From positions 8,620,576 to 8,684,575 of the forward strand of contig NC_083442.1 of NCBI RefSeq assembly GCF_020745735.1: DNA of 64,000 nucleotides, read 5' to 3'. The first letter of the stretch is position 1. Every line of letters begins with the position of its first letter. Position numbers and translations under genes: made by a program. Below are positions 27,551 through 39,830 of the stretch, piece after piece. This DNA comes from Hemiscyllium ocellatum (Eukaryota). The notes under the pieces are model-generated. The model saw nothing but the letters and a program-made list of their open reading frames with translations. It was not told the DNA's origin and made no database searches.

Positions 27551-29830
27551 ATGTGATACTGAATCCCTGAATATCCAGCAATTTAATAACAGCCATCAGC
27601 CAATTGTGCACACAAGACCTAACTTAAAATGTCTTTTTTTCAAGACTAATTTCAACTGTCTATACTGTGAAGAACCAGGAAATCTAATTTCCCCAGGCAC
27701 AGTTGCAGAAAATAAGTTTGCTCCAGTATGTGTATAAATGATCCTTGTTTCAGAATTTTAAAACGTGAAAGGAAATTGCTGGAGAGCTGTTGTTTAGATA
27801 GTTCAGGGGCTTACTCTTGAAAGCATGTGACAGCAGTGCAACAAGTACCTTTGCAGACGAGACCATGGCAATAACATTACATTTGCAGCTCTAATGCTTG
27901 CTTTGTTCCTACAGATTAAAGCTCTTATTTAACTAGAACAACAGAAAGCATCCAAATAAAACCCAAAAGAACTGTGAATGCTGTAAATCAGAAATAAAAG
28001 CAGAGTTGCTGGAAAAGCCGTTACTGGAAAGCATCCAAATCTCTTCAGTGAAATGTTTCTTCCCCTTCATCAGCCTGGTCCTGAACTGTTTACCTCCCAT
28101 TGACCCTCTGGTCTATATTGCAAGGAAAAATTCCTTCTCCCCGACATTCTCTGCCTCTCTCTCCTACCTGTTCTCTGCTTTCTTGCAAACCAGTTATGTA
28201 AGTTTGACAAAACAAAATCACCAACTAATGCAGTCATCCTTCTGCAGTGTGAGCAGTTTAACAAAAGCAGCTGAATAAGAGCTGCAATACCGAATCCAGA
28301 TCCTTCAGCCATTCCAACAGCTGGCACACACTTGTAGATGGAGGCGAATGGTGATTTCAGTGACTAAACTTGTCTGTTCAATTGCAGGCCTGGTAAAACT
28401 TGACAGCCTAAACTGCGGTAGAGATGGAAAACTGTGCCCTTCCAAATCTAAGGCGGTCACAAAAAGGGATGTTTGATACAGTATGTGACCATGGTTTTCT
28501 TCATTCCCAGTACAAGAAAGTGAAAGTAAATTGCTGGTGGACTGGCAGTTATGGTAAGATAATGTATGGACTCCTCATGAAAACACCAAACAGCAGTGCA
28601 GACAATACCATTCCTGACCATAGCAATCACATACTGCTTCTCCAATATCTACATTATTCTTCCGGTCGGAGAGTTTTTTTCGATATAGACAGTTTTAGGT
28701 GAGGGCATCAAGGAAGCTTGAATTCAAAATTGCTTGCTTTTAAGAATTCAAATTGGGGTTGCTTTTCACTGATCATTTTAGTCCCTTAAATTGAATATAT
28801 TAAAGAAATGCGTATCCCATCACTCTCTCACCCTTATCACCAGCTATAGTGTCCATCAAACGTTTGAAAGGAAATGAAGAACAAAATCAATATTGATTGC
28901 AGTCTGGATTGTAAGAAGTTTAACAAAAGCAGCTGAACTCAAACTGCATTATTGAATCCAGAGTCTTCAGACATTCTAGCAGCTGACACTCAATAGTAGC
29001 TGGAGGCAAATGCTAATGTAAGGACCTAATTTATCTTGTCTGACCAGTTACAGGCATGTTAAGGTTGGCAATCCAAACTTGAAAGGGATATGGAAAATAT
29101 AGCTCTTCAGGATTGTTTGCAATGACTCGAAAATATGTTTGATCTTTTGTGTAATTAGTACTTCATTTGATATTATATTCTCAAAGGCAGTTACTGGAGA
29201 ACACTTTTTACTGGAGAACAAACAGTTCCTGTGAATTTATGTGGATATTTCCTTCTGCATCCAGGACCCATATAGCAAACCTCATTCCAGGCCCTAGTTA
29301 GCACAGTATGTTTAACCCACATAATATGTATTACATCCAGAAGTTGGAAGGTAGTGTTCTTTCTTACACGAGACATTTGCAGTCACCATTTTATGAATTC
29401 TGGTGAAGCCTTGCTGCTTGAACTGAGTGCTGGAGTCAAACGTGATGGTTGGCAGTACCAAGAATGACATGGTACTGAGAGTAGCTAATACAGAAGTAGC
29501 TGCCTGGTCACAAACCATTATTGAAATGACATGGTCCCAGTAGCTAACAGTAACAGGAGAATGAAGGCAGAGCGGCGATCTTTCCTTTGCTGTGGGAGTT
29601 GAGGAGCTCTACTATTCACTACACAGACAGACATGAGTGGCTCTCAGTTGGTGACTTTATTTGCCCAACACTGACAAGATAATATAATGGGCTTTACTCC
29701 TGAACTCCACTCCACTTGGCCTGACTCATGGTAATCTTGGCAAATGCCAGTTGACATAGAAAATTCAGACCTATATGTTGAGACAGTACCAAAGCTCTTC
29801 ATTGGAGACATTGGAAAATTTGTTGCCTGT

Positions 29831-30460
29831 TGTGGTTCTGTTCGCCGAGCTAGGAATTTATGTTGCAGACTGTCTGACATCCTCCGTGTTTCGGAGCTTC
29901 CTGTGAAGCGCTTCTGTGTTGTTTCCTCCAGCATTTATAGTGATTTGTCTCTGCCGCTTCCGGTTGTCAGTTCCAGCTGTCAGCTGCAGTGGCCGGTACA
30001 TTGGGTCCAGGTTGATGTGTTTGTTGATAGAATCTATGGATGAGTGCCATGCCTCTAGGAATTCTTTGGCTGTTCAATATTTGGCTTGTCCTATAACAGT
30101 AGTGTTGTCCCAGTCGAACTCATGCTTCTTGTCATAACTATTATAGGACAAGCCAAACAGAGAACAGCCAGGGAATTCCTAGAGGCATGGCACTCATCCA
30201 TAGATTCTATCAACAAACACATCGACCTGGACCCAATATACCGGCCACTGCAGCGAACAGCTGGAACTGACAACCGGAAGCAGCAGAGAAAAGCCACTCT
30301 AAATGCCGGAGGAAATAACACAGAAGCGCTTCACATGAGGCTCCCAAGCACTGAGGATGTCACCTAGACAGGGTCGAAACGTCTACAACACAAATTCCAA
30401 GCTCGGCGAACAGAACCACAACAAAGAGCACCCGACCTACAAATCTTCTCACATATATTG
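29831..30460. mobile_element. Penelope (Poseidon-like) fold-back insertion with 14-bp TSD
   Basis: Arms of about 270 nt encode the GIY-YIG C-terminus (AREFLEAWHS...INKHIDLDPIY). AATTTGTTGCCTGT is duplicated at 29817-29830 and 30461-30474. Confidence 0.82.
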
Positions 30461-33400
30461 AATTTGTTGCCTGTCTGTATTTGGGCCTGTGACTCTTTCG
30501 TTGAGATATTTCAAGACATTTCAACAAGTATAAAGTATTGAAGAAATGAATTTGTTGCATCGTATCGTCCTTTCTTTGCTTCCTCACTCCAGACTCACTA
30601 TTTTGTCTTGAAAACAGCCAATGGAGCTTTTGGGGAAATAAATCACCATCTCCTGGAATTGTGTCTTGAACTGGTTTTATAAAACTATCTGTCAATGACT
30701 TGAAATACTAACTCAATGTTTCAGGTTTGTAATGATGATTTTATTGTGGGTGTAGATGTACGCTTAAAATGACTGAGTAGCACTTTTTTGACCATTTGCA
30801 GATCACCTCACATCCAAAGTACAAGGTAAATGGAAAACTGTACACTCCAAAATCTATCATTAAAAAAAATTTGAAAACAATATGTGATTAATATTTTGCT
30901 TCACTCAGATTAAAATAGAAAGGAAGTTACTGATGAGCTGGAAGTTACTATAAGATATCGTAGGGACTTTTCAGGAAACATCTCACAGCAGTGCAGGGAA
31001 CACCACTCCAGGCAAAAGCATTTGCAATAACTGTTATCTGCATTATTATTAGGGCTTCAGAATTTTGTTTCAAAAATATTGTATTAGGAGAGGACATCAA
31101 AGACACTTCATTTTAAGTTTGCTTGCATTTTGCTATTGAAGTTTCTAAACTATGAATATGAATGCATTCAAGAACTTAATATCCCATTTCTATCTGTAAT
31201 CGTTATCATCAGCAACAAATTCACCATTTATTGCAGTCACTGGAGTGTGGCCAGTTTCACTCAAACAGCTGAATACAGGCTACAGTCCTGAATCCAGAAT
31301 CTTCAGTCTTTCAAACAGCTGGCACACAATTTTGGGATGGAGGCAAATGCTCATTTAAATAACTCCATTTATCTTTAATGACCAATTGCAGGCAAAGTAA
31401 GTGTGATAATCCAAACTGCGATGGAAATGAAACCTATAGTCTGTTAGGAACAACTGAAGAAACTAAAGGGTCAATTTGATCCAAAGTGCAATTTAATTCC
31501 TGATTAATATTGTATTTGGAATAAAGGTTATGCTGGATAACCAGCAATTCCTGTGAAGTTATGTAGGTATTTCCCTCTGCATACATCCTAGAACAATGTC
31601 AAATGCACTATTCCAGGCCATAGTTAGCACATTACGAAAATTGCTGGGCTCTGCCTCCCAAGTGTGCATTTTTCCTAGAAGTTAAATTGTGGTGTTTTTT
31701 TTAAATACATTTGCAGTATTAATGTTGTGAATTGTGCTGGAGTCTTGCTGCTTGGAATGAAAGCTGGAGCCAGTGCTGCTGTGATGGATGGCATCACCAA
31801 AGGGTCACTATCCCAGGAATGAAATGGCCTAATCTCAAGAACTGATAGTGAAATCAGAATGATGGCAGAGCAGCAGACTTTTCTGTGCTACCATTAATGT
31901 TTGCAATTGCTGAGGTGATAGCCATTGATGAGGAAAATTCAGTTCTGTATAGAGATACAGTATCCAAAGCTCTTCACTGGAGAAGTAGTTAGTTGCTCTT
32001 CTTCATTGCCCTAAGCTCTTTATTTGGACTTTTCTAGACTATGCAACGCATGTAAAGTATTGAAGAAATGAGTTTGTCACATATTTTGTTTCTATGTTCC
32101 AGCCCGACAGAAATCCTGACTCTCGTATTCAAGTTTATAAAAATAATTTTATTCTGAGCGTAAATGTTTGCTTAAGTTGACTTAACAGCACTTGATGACC
32201 ATTTTCAGCTCTGAAAACATCAACTGCTAAAAGTGCAAGGGAGCTGGGATTCTGGTTCTCCAGAAACTAGGGAGTTCATTGAAAAGTAATCTGAATACAA
32301 TGTGTGACTGTCTACTAAAAGCTAGCAGATCTGGCTGCGTCTGTGAGAGAGAGCAGAGTTCTCATGTTCAGAAATTCAGATCTCTCTGAAGAATGGTCAC
32401 TTGACTCAACATGAACTTTGCTTTCTCTCCACAGATGCTGCAAAACATATTGAGTTTTTCCAGCAACTTTTGTTTTTCTTTCCGGTTGTGAGCTTTCACA
32501 GTTTGTTCTTTTACATTTGTTGTGGAAATTTAGTTGACTCAACTCAAATGCTAGCAAGAGCAAAGAAAAAGTTTATCCAGACTCTGCAGGGTCGACCCAA
32601 TACATTTGGCAAAATGCTTCATGCAAGGGGGTGCCTGAATAGTTTTTCACATACACCAGACTTCACTTACTCTTATCACATCTCAAGGTTAAGCGCTTGG
32701 AACATTCGAGCTCCTTTCCACACATGGAGTTGTTTTTCTCATTCCTTGACTGTTGATATGATAGTTTACTGTCCTTGTGAGATGCCTGTGTTTCTGGTTT
32801 AACTTTTCATTTTTCCCTGACTTTGCTTTGCTGCCTGCCTGCAAGATTTTGCAGAGTATTCTTTTACAGATTTCATAATAAACGTAACTTTCCATTACAA
32901 TATTAAATAAATTATTGACTGTCATTCTAATCTTTGCTCTATCGTTAGTGTTGTAAAAAGCAATCTTCGGTGGAAGCTTGTAGTTAATGCTGCAGACTTG
33001 ATGCTGGGGCTGAAAGCTGGAGGCTTTGGACTTTGCCAAGGATGATATGTTATCAGCAGTGACCAATGAAGCGATTGTTGCCAAGGTTTCTCATCAGTTG
33101 ACAGTGTGGCATAGTTTCAAGAGCTGCTAGTCCAGTGAGATGGCAGATCAGCACGTTACTGACCCTACTGTTCATGCTGATTATCGCTGAGGCTGTGAAG
33201 GTGGGCACAATTAGGGAAATGAGGGAGGCAGGCCTGAGAGATCATGGAGAGTCAAGATGTCAAAGAGAACTGGTCTATGTCAGCATGGCTTAGCAATGGG
33301 AAGGTGCCAGATTCCTTCCCTGCCATTTTCCCAATCGTACCGCCTCCCAGTTAAAAGCCAGTGAAGAATTGAGCATGCATTAACTTTCAATAATCATTTC

Positions 33401-33984
33401 TAGCCCTTCAATGTTCAGGTCTTCAGTTGTTCACTTCCAAGCACTGGACTGTGCAATGAGGTTAAACATATTGAAGACACATTGACTACCTAACTCTCTG
33501 CTTCCCAATTCTATTACATCGGCTACCTCCCCTCACCCCCATCTCTTCAAAAAGAACAGACCACTGTGTCCTGCAAACCTGTGTGAAAGTTGAATGAAAG
33601 CCAACATATATTGCAGTCATAGCTTTTGAAAGTGGCCTTTTTTAATAGAATTGTAATGTGAACAGGAATTTGTCAGATCTCTGAGAGAAGTTCCTCTTGG
33701 CAACATCTCACAGTGCAAACACCACCATTCCAGACCACAGTCCCTTTCAATATTTGCATTCTTGGTGATTCCTCTTTTTTTAAAAAAAAATGCTGTATCA
33801 GCTCAATAGAGCCTTTTGAACTTCAGGGTTTATTTTCAAATGTTTGCAAGTCATTTATAGGTGTAAGTCCTTTGTTTAATTTGTGCTTCACGATGACTTG
33901 TGGCTGGGGCCATTTTAACAGATCAGATTGTCAGGGGATGGGAATCAAAGTTTGCCAGACATAAGTTATCTAATCTAAACTTAA

Positions 33985-34195
33985 CTTAACTTAACTTGTG
34001 GAAACAGGCCCTTCGGCCCAACAAGTCCACACCGACCCTCCGAAAAGCAACCCACCCAGATGCATTCCCCTACATTTACCCCTTCACCTAACACTATGGG
34101 CAATTTAGTATGGCCAGTTTGCCTATCCTGCACATTTTTGGCTGTGGGAAGAAACTGGAGCACCCGGAGGAAACCCACGCAGACACACGAGGGCA
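33985..34195 (-). mobile_element. 5'-truncated V-SINE with (TTAAC)n tail
   Basis: Core and tail match the other copies. Confidence 0.8.
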
Positions 34196-34379
34196 ACCAT
34201 GAGGAAGCAAGTTTGATTTGATGTGGTTTAATTATGCTTCATTTGGAATACAACAATGTGAAAAGGGAATGCTGGAGAACCATTGATTCCTTTAAAATGT
34301 TTTGTGCAATGCGACGGATGCCAGTCCAGACAACAGCAGCTACATTAAAGAGGCTGCTAGACTGCCTCCCAAGGAATTT

Positions 34380-35750
34380 AATATTATTGACATAGATGTC
34401 TTAAACATAGTATCACCATCCTAAATACTGAGATGGGAAATTGCTTGCCAATCAATATTGTGGTTCTATTTCTGGACAATGGAGCCACAGTGGAAATACT
34501 GAAGAATTGGGTTCCTCTCCTGGAGCAGCAGTTAACAGAACTTTTCAGGCTGTCAAATGCCTTCTGACACTTTTCCATCCATTGAAACTTCCTACATTTC
34601 TACAATAATTCAGTGAGTGGAGCAGCCACACTGCTAAGATTCTGTAGGACTTTCCGATAAAACCCAGTCATAGCACTACCAGATACAGAACACCCTCTGT
34701 CATCTGAACATTAATTATTGAAATTTCAGATTATCTGAACAAGATCTCAAGGTCCTAACTGCTTCCTTTGTTTTCAATCAGATCAGTTATCCGAGCAATG
34801 AGTTATCTGAACAATCAGTTATCCCCACCCGTCTCATTCAGATAATCAAGGCTGCCGTCGTACTGCTCTTTTGGTCAATGGGCCATTTGTCCATGTTCAA
34901 TAACATGGTCCAGGAGGGTGATTTGTGTTTTCTTGAATTCACTGTCAGCCAGGTTTATCACCAAGTCTGCCTCCCAAAGTCGAATGAATAATTTTGAGAA
35001 AATCTGCAAATTTTCCTTCCATGTGTGACTAAAATTCATGTCATTATGTGTACCATGCAATTGGGTAATGAAGAAATTACTTCATTGGTTACTCTTTGAA
35101 ATGGCACATTCTTCATACCACATGACATGACTGTAAACTGGTACAGTGCATTTTGGTGTCACAAAAGCCGAAATTGTCTTCACCCTTTTGAATAAAAATA
35201 ACTGCCAGTATCCTTTGAGTAAGTTGTACTGAGAAATATAAGTTGCTTGTCCCATCTTCTCAATATGATCTTCCAAACTTGATTTAGGACATGTATCAGA
35301 TTTAGTAACTGCATGGATTTTGTGTAAGTCCACACATAATCGTTGGATACTATCTGGCTTTGGTATCACTGATTATAGGTGAGCTCTATTAACTACGACT
35401 GAGTTGATTATACTGTCATTCAGCATGTGTTCAGTCTCTTTCTGAACCTGTGCCAACCTACAAAGATTAAGTCTATAGGATGTTACGTGATTGGAACAGC
35501 ATTTCCTCAATCAATATTATGTAGAGTGAGATTAGTAATTTCCCGGTTGTTCACACATATCACCCCATGTGATTAAACTAACTCTTTCAGGTCATTTCGA
35601 TTTTCATCTGGAAGGTAACTCAGCAGTTTATCCTAGTTTTCCAGAACTTCCTCATTATTCAATTTAATTTGAGGAATGTCAAATTCACAATCATCTGAGA
35701 TTGTTTCGTCACTCTGTGTTGTTAACCAGTAACACATTCTCTTTTGTTTT
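34380..35750 (-). mobile_element. Decayed Gypsy/Ty3 LTR-retrotransposon pol fragment
   Basis: PKPDSIQRLCVDLHKIHAVTKSD...LLKGYWQ...SAFVTP is a degenerate form of the Gypsy RT motifs; CQKAFDSLK follows downstream. Confidence 0.78.
34680..34865. mobile_element. Probable Tigger/pogo-like MITE inside the Gypsy fragment
   Basis: Repeated (T)TATCTGAAC units and a terminus resembling the reverse complement of CAGTA...TTGATTATCTG. Confidence 0.4.
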
Positions 35751-35779
35751 CCTATCAAAATAGCTTTTGAACAAAACAC

Positions 35780-36120
35780 ATCTCTTCAAACCACAGAATG
35801 GTCACAGAAATAGGTGGAGCAGTGAGCCATTCAGCCCCTTAAGCATGCGCTGCTGTTCAAAATGATGATGGCTGATTATCCAACTCGGTACCCTGTTCCA
35901 TCATTCTTTCTGTAATCTTTGATCCCTTCAGCCCAAAGAAAAACTATTATGTTTTGGAATCCATGAATTCCAAAAGAGTCACCACTGTCAGGATGAAGAA
36001 AGGTTTCCTCATCTCAGTCCAAAATGCCCGAGCCAGTATCCTTAGACTGTGAGCCCTGGTTCTGGGCTCCCAACTGTGGAGAACATCCTTCCTGGTTATC
36101 TAATCCTGGATAAACACTAG
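35780..36120 (-). mobile_element. Old CR1/L2 3' tail
   Basis: GCCATTCAGCCC...GATGGCTGAT...GAAGAAAGGTTTCCTCATCTCAGTC pattern, also seen at 54.4-54.7 kb. Confidence 0.55.
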
Positions 36121-36719
36121 CTTGTGCTGCATCTTGTAATCTTAGCCTGGGTCATCTATGGGGAGGGTTGTTCTCAGTATTGCCACACTTTGACAGTGCA
36201 AATCAATCTATTATTGACTGCAGGCTGGAAGCAAGGTAGCCATATGTTGCGAAGGAAGAGATAGGACTGAGTGCTCACTGCCCATATTCAAAAGGGAAGA
36301 ATGACCCATTGAGGAGAGATATTAGAGGATTTTTTTGTAGCTCTAACAGTGGACACTGATCGAAATTATTGACTCCTATAGAACACACAGGGAATCAGCA
36401 AAGGTGACCCAAAGTGCTGATTCCTAATTACACATGTTGCACTTTCCAAATGACAACAGCCCATTGTTTGAAGAAGTTTTCCTTTTTCCTAAATTAAAAT
36501 GTTCAGCGATGTATGACACACCTCTGGAGTAGGTGGGACAGGAATTTAAGCCTACTAAATCTAATTTAGGAATATAAGCCTACTGATCTAGGGGTAGAGA
36601 GACTATCATTCTACCATAAGAGGCCTGTTTTGCATCTCATATAGAATCGATGCAATTGCCTTTAACTGCTTCATTAATCCCTGGCGATGTAAATAATAAG
36701 CCACTTGTCAGAGTGTGTG

Positions 36720-37090
36720 TTGCTCAAGTGTCACTGAGTAGGAGGCAGATCTTTGAGTCAAAAGGTTGAGGGTTCAGGATCTACCATCGGGGTTAGAATA
36801 GACTAATTGATACTGCCACGGCAGTGCAGTCCTTAGATAATCCTGCACATCAGACGTATATGAGGCATTAATTCAAAGCCACTCTAACCTCTAAAGGGAC
36901 CTTTATTGTTTTGAATTAAAGTGAGGAGATTATACCTTAGTGTCCCAGCCAATATTTATTGCTCAATCCTGATGAGCAGATGATCTGGTCATCATCTTCT
37001 TCCTGCTTTTCTCATGTTACGCAAATTAGATATCACGTTTCTGACATGATCAAAAGTACTTTGGTTGTTGTATCGAACATCTCTGATTGA
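36720..37090 (+). mobile_element. Degenerate DeuSINE (SacSINE1/AmnSINE1-like)
   Basis: tRNA-like head followed by GTGTCCCAGCCAATATTTATTGCTCAATC...GATCTGGTCATCAT...GCAAATT...AAAAGTACTT, resembling the Deu core as I recall it. Confidence 0.5.
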
Positions 37091-38816
37091 AAATTGGCTT
37101 TGTCAGAACCTGCATATATTATTACTCAATTTTGTTGTTCATTTTTCACACTCTTCACTCTGCTGTAAGAAAACATTCCTTTCCAACTTCCACCAAGGAG
37201 AATGAGATAAAGCTCAGTGCTGTAATATTTCACTTTATACTAACATCTGAATCAAACTAAAATACCATTCAATGCAAATATAAAATAATTTTAACCTGTT
37301 TTAAAGGATTAAAATAAATTATATTTTTCACCAAAGAGTGTATTGAAATATTTCAATAATTCTCATTGTGTCAAGTACCAACAAACTGTGGAGTCTGTTC
37401 CAATCTATTTTATCTTGTCTAAAGAATAGGCTGAAGAAAGGAACAGTGCATTACAGGCTCCTTCAATTCGAGAACGAGGAGAGGAGTACAGTGTCGATCA
37501 GTGAATAACGGCAGCAAAATTATTCTCCAGATTAGAATAGATGTGTAGTGGAATCTACTAAAATGATAGAATGAAAGAAGTTGAAGTGGGATATTGATGT
37601 TTTATAAGCTTGTTAAAATCGGGTCAGTCAGGATCTTATTGAATGGTGGAGCAGGCTCGAAGGGCCAAATGACCTATTCTCGTTCATTGTTCATACCTCG
37701 AAACAATTGTGTTAGTTACTTGAGCGGAGATATTAAACACGTCTTAAACTGTTACATGTGCACATGCTGATATTTCTGAATATGATTCCCTGGGTTTGAT
37801 AGCATGTAGTTGACAGTAGCCCCAGGGGTTCTTCACTCGTTTCAGAGATCTGGAAATAGATGTTTAGGATACTCTGACATTGCATTAAGATGTTATATAA
37901 ATGCACAGCTTTTCTACTTGTCTTCCTGCTAGGGTAGAGGGGTTTTTGCTCTTCATCGAACCTGTGCATCATTTGACTTCAATCTGCTTTTCTTTGTTGC
38001 ATTATTGTGTGGACTTTATTCTCTTAAGTCAACAGCCTGGGTTTTGCCCAAAGCTTGAGGTTTTACTGACATTGGTGAGTTTCTGTATCCCATGAGGTAG
38101 ATTCATTGCAGTCAGTAATGGAAAATATAGCAGATCAAATATAATGTTGTTAATTGTTATTACATCTTTTAACAGGGATAACTATATGCTGTTCTATGAA
38201 CCTCAAGATTTAAAAGTCTTTTCAGTGGAGTCACTGCTGATTTACCCAACGCACTATACTGGCAAACTCACTGATACTGAGACCTCCATAATCTGAGACA
38301 ATGATGAAATACAAACTGACTGGAACTGTAACTTATCAGAAAAACAGAGAACAGCGAGAGATTGGGGCTGAAGCTCAGAATACAGAGGGACTGCAAACCC
38401 AAGCACCCATTGACACAGCTTCTCGAGATGAATCAGAGATCAGAACCAATGCCTCTCTGTCAAGCCTATGTGGTTTGTGGAAAAAACTAATGTCTGCTAG
38501 GAGGGAACTACAAAGCTCTCTTGCAATAATGTGACATGGAATCAAGTGAAATTTGGAGTATCTCCTTATGGGGCTTCTTGCATCCTTTCAAGTGGCAGCT
38601 GAATTTGGAGATCAGGTATCAGTTACTATCGAATTGGATGAAATCTTGATAGTGGTTCCTTTATTTACATTTTCCTATCTTTGAGGTTTGCCCCATTTCT
38701 TTATTAAAGAGCCAATGGCTGTGAGATCTCTTGAGTGCTGTCCATAGGATAGCCATGCTCCTGCCACTGTGCAACTTCAGATTGATATCTGCCTTTAAAC
38801 ATAATCTGAACCTAAG

Positions 38817-39112
38817 GGCGGCACGGTGGCACAGTGGTTAGCACTGCTGTCTCACATCGCCTGAGACCCGGGTTCAATCCCTGACTCGGGCGACTGACTG
38901 TGTGGAGTTTGCACGTTCTCCCCGTGTCTGCATGGGTTTCCTCCGGGTGCTCCGGTTTCCTCCCACAATCCAAAGATGTGCGGGTCAGGTGAATTGGCCA
39001 TGCTAAATTGCCCGTAGTGTTAGGTTAGGGGGATGGGTGGGTTGCGTTTCAGCGGGTCGGTGTGGACTTGTTGGCCCGAAGGGCCTGTTTCCACACTGTA
39101 AGTCTAATCTAA
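38817..39112 (+). mobile_element. Full-length V-SINE
   Basis: GGGCGGCACGGTGGCACAGTGGTTAGC ... CTGTAAGTCTAATCTAATC. Confidence 0.9.
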
Positions 39113-39124
39113 TCAAGGACATTG

Positions 39125-39830
39125 TGGAGAGACCAGTGCAGAACTCTATCAGTTCATTGTAGGCCTGATACCACAAATTCACCTGCACCTCCACACACTT
39201 CATCTATTGCATCCCCTGCACCTGATGTGGCCTCCTCTATATGGGGGAGACAGGCCGCCTACTTGCGGAACGTTTCAGAGAACACCTCTGGGACACCCGG
39301 ACCAGCCAACCCAACCACCCCGTGGCTCAACACTTCAACTCCCCTCCCACTCCACCAAGGACATGCAGGTCCTTGGACTCCTCCATCGCCAGACCATAAC
39401 AACACGACGGTTGGAGGAAGAGCGCCTCATCTTCCGCCTGGGAACCCTCCAACCACAAGGATGAACTCAGATTTCTCCAGTTTCCTCATTTCCCCTCACC
39501 CCACCTTGTCTCAGTCGAATCCCTCGAACTCAGCACCGCCCTCCTAACCTGCAATCTTCTTCCTGACCTCTCCGCCCCCACCCCACTCCGGCCTATCACC
39601 CTCACCTTGACCTCCTTCCACCTATCACATCTCCGTCGCCCCTCCCCCAAGTCCCTCCTCCCTACCTTTTATCTTAGCCTGCTGGACACACTTTCCTCAT
39701 TCCTGATGAAGGGCTTATGCCCGAAACGTCGAATTTCCTGTTCCTTGGATGCTGCCTGACCTGCTGCGCTTTTCCAGCAACACATTTTCAGCTCTGATCC
39801 CAGCATCTGCAGTCCTCACTTTCTCCTGAT
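39125..39830 (+). mobile_element. Penelope-like element 3' part (GIY-YIG plus terminal repeat)
   Basis: HKFTCTSTH...LYMGETGRLLAERFREHL...HFNSP...DMQVLGL...LIFRLGTLQPQG; intact terminus. Confidence 0.88.
39699..39734 (+). ncRNA. Minimal type I hammerhead ribozyme in the Penelope terminal repeat
   Basis: ATTC-CTGATGA-A-GGGC-TTAT-GCCC-GAAAC-GTC-GAAT: stem I ATTC/GAAT, catalytic core, 4-bp stem II and GUC cleavage triplet. Confidence 0.72.

Larger units (their letters stand above)
25350..33200 (+). pseudogene. Tandem array of at least six decayed copies of an unidentified coding unit
   Basis: Copies at about 25350-25800, 27560-27930, 28190-28700, 28740-30900, 31000-32250 and 32800-33200. Shared plus-strand motifs, each seen in a subset of copies, are IQxLQxF, QLQxW, KxxF(D/S/A)PxC, LLLG(M/L)KAG and ENSxLYx(E/D)TVxKLFxG. 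All copies have stops and frameshifts. Confidence 0.55.

Noticed and set aside
28260-31330. Minus-strand readings of the array, including a TGA shared by three copies (possible selenocysteine)
   Set aside because: Codon-position variability and synonymous conservation favour a plus-strand frame, so the shared TGA is probably an off-frame by-product.
32689-33084. 131-aa minus-strand ORF
   Set aside because: No recognisable domain; it lies antisense to the array copy whose plus strand shows the conserved LMLGLKAG motif.
25350-33200. Assigning the array to V1R/ORA receptors (FQAI), Schlafen AlbA (KYICS..N..G.LLLG), GBP (SGDLPC..AV..IENS), paramyxovirus N (KFAP) or STING
   Set aside because: Each resemblance is a few residues without correct spacing or the other family motifs; none can be supported without a profile search.
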